From positions 1 to 32,300 of the forward strand of contig JBLGBK010000009.1 in assembly GCA_047617785.1 (NCBI GenBank): a DNA stretch of 32,300 nt, in the 5' to 3' direction. A model generated the notes under the pieces. That model saw only the letters and a program-made list of their open reading frames with translations. It was not told the DNA's origin and did no database searches. The position numbers were made by a program, and so were the translations under genes. This stretch comes from Colwellia polaris (GTDB lineage: Archaea; Nanohalarchaeota; Nanosalinia; Nanosalinales; Nanosalinaceae). Positions 24,921 to 32,300 of the stretch are shown in pieces (the first letter of the stretch is position 1; each line of letters begins with the position of its first letter).

Positions 24921-26951
24921 CTAGATTTTCGATAGAATCTCCTCCATAAACCTATCTTCTTCTATTTCTTCAACATTTTCTTTCTCCGCCTGTTCCCTCT
25001 TTGACTCGCCAGGTTTCTCTCCGACAACCAGATAATCGGTCTCCGAACTGACAGAAGAGGTGACATCAGCGCCGTGTCGTTCCAGCACCTCGGTCAGTTC
25101 TTCACGCGTAAATCGTTCTATACTTCCTGTGATCGCCATCTTCAGACCTTGAAGTTCTTCTCCAGTCTCAGTTCTCTTTGGCTTTACACCTTCTTCCAGC
25201 AGCTGTTCGACTTGTTTTCTACCGGCTCCTTCAAAGAATGATTCGATGTTCTCTGCGACCTCCGGCCCGATATCCTCCAGCGCCATCAACTCTTCTTTAG
25301 AGGCCTTTTCCAGTTCTTCCAGAGTATATTCTTCTGCCAAATCTCTCGCGGTCTCCTTTCCGACATGTCTTATTCCCAGTGCAGTGAGGAAGCTGGCTAG
25401 GTCGATTTCTTTCGAGTTCTCGATTTCGTTCAATAGGTTTTCAGCGGATTTTTCGGCAAACTTCTCCATTTCCAGTAAATCTTCTTTCTCCAGTCGGTAG
25501 AGGTCCGGTATTTTCTCTATCAATCCTTGATCGACGAGCTGTTCCGCTACTTTTTCTCCTAGGCCGTCGATGTCCATTGCTTCTTCTGATGCGAAGTACT
25601 GGAGCTTTCTTTTGAGCTGTGCAGGGCAGGAGATTCCGCCGGTGCAGAAGTGGTGTTCTTTCTCTCCTACAACTTCAGAGCCGCAGACAGGGCACTCTTC
25701 CGGTATTTCAAACACTTTTTCACCTTCCTCAACTACTTCTTGTACCTGTGGGATGACGTCGCCTGCTCTCTCCACTTTGACTTTTGCGCCTGGAGAGATC
25801 CCGAGTTTCTGGGCCTGTTTCTCGTTGTGAAGTGATGCACGGGAGATCGTTACTCCTTTCACATCTATCGGTTCCAGTAAGGCTACGGGTGTAAGTTTTC
25901 CTGTTCGGCCTACCTGTACTGCTATATCTTGTACGGTTGTCGTCCCTGTCTTTGCTGGGAACTTGTAGGCGAAGGCCCAGCGAGGATGAGCCGAAGTCTT
26001 TCCAAGAACTTCTCTTTTCTCAAAATCGTTGACCTTCGCGATAACACCGTCGATATCATAGTTAAGATCTTCACGCCGTTCTATCATTTCGTTGCGGTAG
26101 TCTATGAACCGCTCGATATCATCTACCATCTCGTTGTATTCGTTTACCTTCAGTCCGCATTCTTCCAGCAATTCCATGGCTTCTACCTGACTCTCCGGTT
26201 CTGCTGAAGTCTCCATTATATCGTAGAAGAAGACGTCCAGAGGCCGTTTTGCTACGACTGATGGATCGAGTTGACGTACTGTTCCTGCGGCTGCATTACG
26301 TGGGTTGGCGAAAGGTTCTTCTCCACGTTCAACTCGTTCCTTGTTGATCTCCTGGAAGCCATCCCGCGGCATGTAGACCTCTCCACGTACAACAAGTGTT
26401 TCAGGAGCGCTGTGCAGCTTCAAAGGCACAGAACCGATAGTCCTAATATTCTCCGTTATATCATCACCTTCTACTCCGTTCCCACGGGTTACAGCGGCTT
26501 CTAGCTCCTCGTTCTCATACACAAACTCTACTGAAAGTCCGTCGAACTTCGGTTCAAGATGGTACTGTATGTTTCCTGCTTTCTGTTCTACCCTATCTGC
26601 GAAGTTGCGGACTTCTTCTGCTTCGTCGGATGCGTCGATGCTCAGCATTTCTTTAACGTGTTCACGCGACTCAAGCTGGTTCAGAGTTTCTCCGCCAACA
26701 CGCTGTGTAGGAGAGTTCTCCGTCTGCAGATCAAATTTCCACTCCAGCTTCTGAAGACTGTTAAACAGTCTGTCGTAGGCCTTGTCGGATATCACGGGAT
26801 TGTTTTCTACATAGTACCTGTAGTCATGGTATTCTACTGCTTCTCTGAGAAGTTCTACCTGTTCCTCTGCTTCTTCCTCCGTTAGTTCTTCTGCGTCCTG
26901 GAAATCTAGTTTCGGGTTGCGGATGTACGGGTTGTTCTCCGGTTTTTTCAT
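24921..26951 (-). CDS. ligA: NAD+-dependent DNA ligase
   Basis: HDYRYY...ISDKAYD (domain Ia), EPKFDG, TRGNG, ANPRNAAAG, AYKFP, Cys4 zinc finger, HhH motifs and a C-terminal BRCT domain. Confidence 0.97.
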   Translation of the reverse strand: MKKPENNPYIRNPKLDFQDAEELTEEEAEEQVELLREAVEYHDYRYYVENNPVISDKAYDRLFNSLQKLEWKFDLQTENSPTQRVGGETLNQLESREHVKEMLSIDASDEAEEVRNFADRVEQKAGNIQYHLEPKFDGLSVEFVYENEELEAAVTRGNGVEGDDITENIRTIGSVPLKLHSAPETLVVRGEVYMPRDGFQEINKERVERGEEPFANPRNAAAGTVRQLDPSVVAKRPLDVFFYDIMETSAEPESQVEAMELLEECGLKVNEYNEMVDDIERFIDYRNEMIERREDLNYDIDGVIAKVNDFEKREVLGKTSAHPRWAFAYKFPAKTGTTTVQDIAVQVGRTGKLTPVALLEPIDVKGVTISRASLHNEKQAQKLGISPGAKVKVERAGDVIPQVQEVVEEGEKVFEIPEECPVCGSEVVGEKEHHFCTGGISCPAQLKRKLQYFASEEAMDIDGLGEKVAEQLVDQGLIEKIPDLYRLEKEDLLEMEKFAEKSAENLLNEIENSKEIDLASFLTALGIRHVGKETARDLAEEYTLEELEKASKEELMALEDIGPEVAENIESFFEGAGRKQVEQLLEEGVKPKRTETGEELQGLKMAITGSIERFTREELTEVLERHGADVTSSVSSETDYLVVGEKPGESKREQAEKENVEEIEEDRFMEEILSKI

Positions 26952-28636
26952 CGTAACTTCTCCTTCAGTTCTTCTAGAGGCAGTGTATTGAGTATGTTTT
27001 CCTTTTCACACCAACCACGGCGTGCCTGAGAGACTCCGAGATGCATGTATTCAATTTCCGAAGGAGAATGTGCGTCAGTAGACACCACATAGTCGACCTT
27101 GTCACGGTACTCTTTCACGTCACGCCACGGAAGATCAAGTCTGGCCGGCTGCGAATTTATCTCCAAAGCAATGTTCTCCTCAGCCGCAACCTCCACTATC
27201 TTATCTAGGTCCACGTCCAGAGGTTCTCTACTACTTACCTTCCGGTTCAAGGGGTGAGCCAGGATGTCTACAGGATACTCTTTCAAGGTCTTGACGATGC
27301 TTTCCGTCGGATTTTCGATCTTGTTATGCAGCGCTGCGACAATCAGGTCAAGTTCCTCGAGCTTCTCCTTCGAGATATCCAGTTGGCCATTGTCATCGAT
27401 GTTGGCCTCTACGCCTTGTAGCACTTCGACATCTAACTCTTGGTTAACTTCATCTATCTCTTCCCTCTGTTCTTCCAGTTCTTCCTCATCTACTCCGCTT
27501 GCAATCTGAAGCGATGATCCGTGATCCGTTACAAGTATGTATTCATAGCCAAGCTCTTCGGCCTTCTCAGCCATTTCTCTGATTGTGTTCCGGCCATCGC
27601 TGTAATCTGTATGCATCTGCAGATCGCCTTTAATCTCGTCTTTTTCTACAAGATCTGGGAGATTGCCTTTCGAAGCAGCTTTAACTTCTCCTGTATCTTC
27701 ACGTAGCTCTGGTTCTATATAGTCAAGCTGAAGCTTTGCATAGATTGAATCCTCTGTATTTCCTGCTAGCTTGTTGTCACCGGAGTCAAATAGTCCGTAT
27801 TCGTTTAGTTTCCAGTCCTTATTTGCCGCTATTGTTCGCAGGGTTACATTGTGGTCCTTAGAGCCTGTGAAATACTGCAGAGCCGCTCCATAACTGTCTT
27901 CGTCGACTATACGCAGATCGACCTGGAGACCACCAGATATAATTATTGAGGACTTGGTCTCCCCCTCTCCAAGAACTTCCTTAACATCACTGCCTGAAGT
28001 GAATTCTTCCATGGCTTCTTCGGCGTCGACAGCAGTTGCCAGTATATCGATATCGCCAACTGTAGGTCTTCTCCGCCTGAAAGACCCTACAATAGTTACC
28101 TGGTTGAAATTTTCCGATTCTTCAAGTTCTTCTCTTAGATTTTCAGCTATAGGGAAGGCCTTCCCTATCAGCATTCTTTTCTCCCCCTTCCTTGCTGTTT
28201 CGATATGGTCAAGGATGTTCTGCTGCGTTTTCTCGCCGAATCCTTCTATATCAGCTATTTTACCGTCCCCTGCAGCCTCTTCCAATTCATCTAGATTGGT
28301 TACGCCGGTTGCCTGGTAGATCTCCTTCACTCTCTTCGGACCCAGTCCTTCTACCGCGGTTAAGGCCTCGATATCGACAGGAAGCTCCACCTTCAGCTCT
28401 TTGTAGTACTGCATTTCGCCGGTTTCCAGGTACTCAGCGACTTTGTTCTCGATGTTCTCGCCTACTCCTTCTATTTCGCCGAGCTCTCCACGCTCATGTA
28501 TGTCTTCAATACTTTCGGATAGGCCTTCGATGTTTCTAGCAGCTTTCCGGTAGGCTCGTGGCTTCCATTCCACATCCTGCATTTCGAGGTAGTCCGCGAT
28601 CTCGTATAGAATATCTGCTACCTCTTTGTTTTTCAT
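26948..28636 (-). CDS. polX: DNA polymerase X with C-terminal PHP domain
   Basis: GSFRR, GDIDIL and QVDLR (three catalytic Asp intact), YFTGSKDHN, and PHP motifs DLQMHT, TDH, AHP, EIN and TDAH. Confidence 0.96.
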   Translation of the reverse strand: MKNKEVADILYEIADYLEMQDVEWKPRAYRKAARNIEGLSESIEDIHERGELGEIEGVGENIENKVAEYLETGEMQYYKELKVELPVDIEALTAVEGLGPKRVKEIYQATGVTNLDELEEAAGDGKIADIEGFGEKTQQNILDHIETARKGEKRMLIGKAFPIAENLREELEESENFNQVTIVGSFRRRRPTVGDIDILATAVDAEEAMEEFTSGSDVKEVLGEGETKSSIIISGGLQVDLRIVDEDSYGAALQYFTGSKDHNVTLRTIAANKDWKLNEYGLFDSGDNKLAGNTEDSIYAKLQLDYIEPELREDTGEVKAASKGNLPDLVEKDEIKGDLQMHTDYSDGRNTIREMAEKAEELGYEYILVTDHGSSLQIASGVDEEELEEQREEIDEVNQELDVEVLQGVEANIDDNGQLDISKEKLEELDLIVAALHNKIENPTESIVKTLKEYPVDILAHPLNRKVSSREPLDVDLDKIVEVAAEENIALEINSQPARLDLPWRDVKEYRDKVDYVVSTDAHSPSEIEYMHLGVSQARRGWCEKENILNTLPLEELKEKLR

Positions 28637-28640
28637 CTTT

Positions 28641-29063
28641 CTAGTCCTCTTCTCTTTTGACGGTGAGTACCGGTGCGGAGGTAGTTCTTAGTACTTTTTC
28701 TGTTACGCTTCCGAGAAGGAAACGGTTCAGCCCTGAGCGTCCGTGGCTTCCCATTACAACCATGTCTATACCGTTCTCTTCGACGTATTCGTTGATTTCT
28801 TGGTGAGGTAGCCCTACGGTCACGTGTGTTTCTACATCTAGATTTTCAATTTGTTCAGCTGCTTTTTCTGCTGTTTCTTCCCCGAAATCCTTCATTTCGC
28901 CTAGGCGGGATTGGAAGGCTGGATCTCCTACACCTTGTGTGATGTCTACTACATGGATTATATGGATTTTGGAATCGAACTTTTCAGCTAGTTCTTTTGC
29001 GTGGTTTATAGCTTCTTCAGCTTCTTCGCTTCCATCTGTTGGCAGTAGTATGTCCTTATACAT
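28641..29063 (-). CDS. Universal stress protein (UspA family)
   Basis: MYKDILLPTDGS...VVMGSHGRSGL...LLGSVTEKVLR...PVLTV. Confidence 0.95.
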   Translation of the reverse strand: MYKDILLPTDGSEEAEEAINHAKELAEKFDSKIHIIHVVDITQGVGDPAFQSRLGEMKDFGEETAEKAAEQIENLDVETHVTVGLPHQEINEYVEENGIDMVVMGSHGRSGLNRFLLGSVTEKVLRTTSAPVLTVKREED

Positions 29064-29152
29064 TTTGACCCTCTCGTTTCACCTACTATTTTCGGTTTGA
29101 CCGTTAAAAGCCTCAATCATTTCTTTAAGTTCTTGCCGTTCAACTTCGTTAC

Positions 29153-29653
29153 GTGAAATCGGAAAAAGCCGTCTTTCTAGGACGCTTTCAACCTTTCCAT
29201 AAAGGCCATCATGAAACTGTGAAGGAGTATAAAAGGAAGTACGAAGAGTTCGTAGTTGCGATCGGAAGTGCTGCTAAATCAGGGATTGAGAGAAACCCGC
29301 TCAGCTTTCAGCAGAGAAAAGAAATTTTGGAATCCTGCTATCCGGAGATTAAGATTGTAGCTATAGAAGACGAGGATAGAGGGGAAGAAGGGTATCAGGA
29401 CTGGATAGAAAGATTTATTGAGAAGACAGATCCTGATGTAGTTATCACTAGGAACGATCTTGTACAGAGGCTGGTTCGACAGTACTCCGATGCAGAGATT
29501 GAAGAACAGGAACTGTACAAACCTGATACATTCTCTGGAACCAAGATTAGGACAAGGATAAGAGAAGAGAAAGATTGGCGTTACATGGTTCCTGACTGTG
29601 ATGAGGAAAAGATAGAAGAGTATAAACACATAATTGCTGAAACAGGCCGGTAA
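29153..29653 (+). CDS. nadM: NMN/NaMN adenylyltransferase (archaeal NadM type)
   Basis: GRFQPFHKGH (HxGH), IGSA...RNPLS, SGTKIR and W..MVP. Sits directly upstream of nadE. Confidence 0.88.
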   Translation: MKSEKAVFLGRFQPFHKGHHETVKEYKRKYEEFVVAIGSAAKSGIERNPLSFQQRKEILESCYPEIKIVAIEDEDRGEEGYQDWIERFIEKTDPDVVITRNDLVQRLVRQYSDAEIEEQELYKPDTFSGTKIRTRIREEKDWRYMVPDCDEEKIEEYKHIIAETGR

Positions 29654-29659
29654 AAACTC

Positions 29660-30424
29660 ATGGACTACGAAAAAGTGGCCGATAAAGTACACAGATTTCT
29701 ACAGAACAAACTTGAGGAAACAGGTGCAGAAGGCTACGTAATAGGTGTAAGCGGAGGCCTGGACTCTGCAGTTGGTGCAAAAATGGCGGTTGATGCAGTA
29801 GGATCTGAGAATGTTTACGGCTGGGTGATGCCGGGAGATCCTAGCAACTCAGAGAACATGAAGGATGCGCGGCAGCTCTGCGACAAACTAGATCTTAACT
29901 ACCGGGAAGTTGATATAGAGAAGGTTGTAGAAGATTTTACTGGAACAGCTCCGATCTCAACAGGAGGCGTAACTGAAGGGAATATCAGAGCGCGTGTAAG
30001 AATGATTTACGAATACATGGATGCTAATAAAAACGATCTTCTCGTTCTTGGAGCAGGAAATAAAACTGAGATAAAAACAGGTTACTTCACCAAGCATGGA
30101 GACGGAGCAGTCGATGTAAGACCACTAGCTGATTTATACAAGACAGAAGTTAAAGAACTCGCTAAACACATAGGCTTGGGTCAGAATTTCATTGAAAAGC
30201 AGCCGACCGCAGGTCTCTGGGAAGGACAGACTGATGAAGGCGAGCTAGGAGCTACATACTCCAAGATCGACACGATAATGGAACATATACTCGAAACAGA
30301 TCTAGATATAGAGAGGATAAGCGATAAGATAGGTATAGAAGAGTCGGAAGTTGAAAGATTCAAGCAGATGTATGAAAAATCCAGGCATAAAAGGCAGCAA
30401 CCGCCTTCACCAAGCCTAAGGTAG
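29660..30424 (+). CDS. nadE: NH3-dependent NAD+ synthetase
   Basis: SGGLDS PP-loop, GNIRARVRM, GYFTKHGDG, LYKTEV and PTAGLWEGQTDE. No glutaminase domain. Confidence 0.96.
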   Translation: MDYEKVADKVHRFLQNKLEETGAEGYVIGVSGGLDSAVGAKMAVDAVGSENVYGWVMPGDPSNSENMKDARQLCDKLDLNYREVDIEKVVEDFTGTAPISTGGVTEGNIRARVRMIYEYMDANKNDLLVLGAGNKTEIKTGYFTKHGDGAVDVRPLADLYKTEVKELAKHIGLGQNFIEKQPTAGLWEGQTDEGELGATYSKIDTIMEHILETDLDIERISDKIGIEESEVERFKQMYEKSRHKRQQPPSPSLR

Positions 30425-30431
30425 GATAAGT

Positions 30432-31451
30432 ATGCCTTACCAAAAAATAATAGAAAAAATAGATGATCTGGAGGAACTTTCTGCTGTAGGGTTTCCTGAT
30501 GGCAGCGTCGATAACTACTGCAGATTCGAAAAAGGAAAAGGCCGGTACATGGAGAGTAAAGATGAGGTAGCAGAGCGGATAGAAAGCAATGATTCTAGTT
30601 CCTTCCGGCTTGAACGTGAAAAGCAGGAGCCTGGCGGTAAATCTCTCAATATGTCTATGCAGTGTAACAGCCTAGGTTTAGATACAGCTCACTATGGCTT
30701 TCTGGACCACGAACTTCTGGAAAACCTCGATTTTGAGACCTATTCTATGGGTGAACCTGCACAGGTTACGATCGGGGAGTTTGAGCAGGGTTCAATCCTT
30801 CTAGCGCATGAAAACAAGGAGCTCATGGACTGGAGTCTTGAATCTATGAAGCAGTTTTCAGGTGACATAGCAGAGCTGATTTCAGCTGATGTAGTCGGCT
30901 GCGCCAACTGGATCAGTCTCCGCCACATGAACGAAGAACTGAAGGAAATTGCCGAACTAGATTTTGAAGCTGAAGTATTCAACTTCGATCCCGGCAACCT
31001 TACCGATGTACGCCCTGAAATAGTGAGGGAGATGTTTGAAACACTGGAAAAACTTTCCGAAGACTACCAAGTTCTGGTACATGCAAACACTGATGAAGTA
31101 GAAACTACCGCTGAAATATACGGAATAGAAGGTAGCATAGAAGAGAAAATAAACCTTATTCAGGAGCAAACAGGAGTGACTGCATACATCCTCCACAATA
31201 AACCGCGCGCAGTGGCAGGCACAGAAGAAGGGAGATTCGAAGTGGAAAACTTGGTTACGGAGCACATTGAGACTCGTACAGGTGCGGGCGATAGATTTGA
31301 CGCAGGTGTCGCGTCTGCACGTGCCGCTGGCTGGAGATGGGAAGAATCGCTTGCTCTAGGAAATCTGTGTGCCGTACATTATGTGGAGAATAATGAAACT
31401 GCGACGCCTAGTGATCTAAGAGAACAAGTTGAAGATAAGGTTAAGAATTGA
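30432..31451 (+). CDS. PfkB/ribokinase-family kinase
   Basis: PGGKSLN, FDPG, AN..E and the anion-hole motif RTGAGDRF. Confidence 0.85.
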   Translation: MPYQKIIEKIDDLEELSAVGFPDGSVDNYCRFEKGKGRYMESKDEVAERIESNDSSSFRLEREKQEPGGKSLNMSMQCNSLGLDTAHYGFLDHELLENLDFETYSMGEPAQVTIGEFEQGSILLAHENKELMDWSLESMKQFSGDIAELISADVVGCANWISLRHMNEELKEIAELDFEAEVFNFDPGNLTDVRPEIVREMFETLEKLSEDYQVLVHANTDEVETTAEIYGIEGSIEEKINLIQEQTGVTAYILHNKPRAVAGTEEGRFEVENLVTEHIETRTGAGDRFDAGVASARAAGWRWEESLALGNLCAVHYVENNETATPSDLREQVEDKVKN

Positions 31452-31454
31452 TCC

Positions 31455-32300
31455 TTAGAATGTCTTCAATTCGTTGTTCAGGCATTTTTCAGTTATCGCA
31501 TCGATGTTATCTAGATGGCGCTGGATTATTTCTTCAAATTCGTTTCTCTTGGCTGGTGTTTCAACTTCTACCAGTTTTGGATCGTTGATAGGCGCTCCGA
31601 TCTGTGAGAGTAGCTTGACTTCTGCGAACTCTCCTGTTTCCTGGTGGATGCTTTTTGCGATTTCCCGTGAAAGCAGGTTGTAGATCTTTCCGACGTGTGT
31701 TACAGGGTTTTTACCGGATGCAGCCTCCATGCTCATCGAGCGGTGCGGTGTGATAACGCCGTTTACACGGTTTCCCCGTCCGACCGATCCGTCGTCCCCC
31801 ATCTCTGCACTGGTTCCGGTAACTGTTACATAGACTTCATCTTCTTCGATATCGTCAGCTGTATTGACGTGTACCTCTGGCTCAAGATTGTTCTTCCTCG
31901 TTACTTCCTCTGCCGTTTCCTTAACCTTTGCCAAGTGCTCCTTGTATTCTTTCATAGAATGCATGCGGCTGGAGATACCTGGTGCTGCTACTGTTATCGT
32001 TAATTTGTTGTCGTGGCGGAATCCCATGACTTTGACGTCTTCTCCAGTTTCGTGAAGCTGTCTAACCTTTTTTTCAACCTGTTTGACTGTTCTCTCTGTC
32101 GGTGAGGACGGTGCGTGACCTACTCCAAAGCTTGTATCGTTTGAAAGCCGTGGACCTTCTCTTTCATACACTGCTTCTAAGTCTGTAGAAGTTTCCCCAA
32201 CCTTGGATTCCAGCTCGACCTGTGAGCTATCCAGTTCCTTGAAGTTGGAGTTGATGTATTCTTTTGCAGCGTTCAGCGCTATACGATCTACAGGTATTTC
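31455..32300 (-). CDS. mat: Archaeal-type S-adenosylmethionine synthetase (3' part; the 5' end lies beyond the window)
   Basis: [33 protein letters not shown] and [17 protein letters not shown]. The frame stays open from 32171 to the window end. Confidence 0.95.
   Translation of the reverse strand, partial: EIPVDRIALNAAKEYINSNFKELDSSQVELESKVGETSTDLEAVYEREGPRLSNDTSFGVGHAPSSPTERTVKQVEKKVRQLHETGEDVKVMGFRHDNKLTITVAAPGISSRMHSMKEYKEHLAKVKETAEEVTRKNNLEPEVHVNTADDIEEDEVYVTVTGTSAEMGDDGSVGRGNRVNGVITPHRSMSMEAASGKNPVTHVGKIYNLLSREIAKSIHQETGEFAEVKLLSQIGAPINDPKLVEVETPAKRNEFEEIIQRHLDNIDAITEKCLNNELKTF

Noticed and set aside
31455-32171. Truncated 238-aa MAT or pseudogene
   Set aside because: The reading frame continues without a stop to the window edge, so the truncation is a window artefact.

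Overview
A gene-dense archaeal chromosomal window with a strongly acidic, halophilic-type proteome. Archaeal markers (rpS17e, ABCE1, NusA-like protein, PAN-like ATPase, archaeal-type MAT), very short intergenic gaps, mostly leaderless genes and a glucan phosphorylase/pyruvate kinase pair fit a DPANN nanohaloarchaeon; this taxonomy is inferred. Housekeeping content includes rps17e, csp, alaX, ABCE1, nusA-like, ftsZ, gatC/gatA/gatB, pyk, tRNA-Arg(UCG), glgP, usp-polX-ligA, nadM-nadE-pfkB and a partial mat. No CRISPR array, IS element or integrase was seen. Unusual elements: (1) an array of hairpins with unrelated stems but one shared U-GCCC-R loop upstream of ftsZ, plus a ~100-nt G·U-rich rod with a C-rich loop just downstream of ftsZ; (2) a YbaK-type tRNA-editing domain fused to a copy of the GatB C-terminal tRNA-binding region, directly after gatB; (3) an ABCE1 whose Fe-S domain has lost all its cysteines; (4) a surface protein with an ALK/LTK-like glycine-rich domain inserted inside an Ig-like repeat; (5) two tandem orphan PD-(D/E)XK-like paralogues next to a double-Nudix gene that carries an exact internal 41-bp repeat. 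All calls come from motif recognition; no database searches were run.
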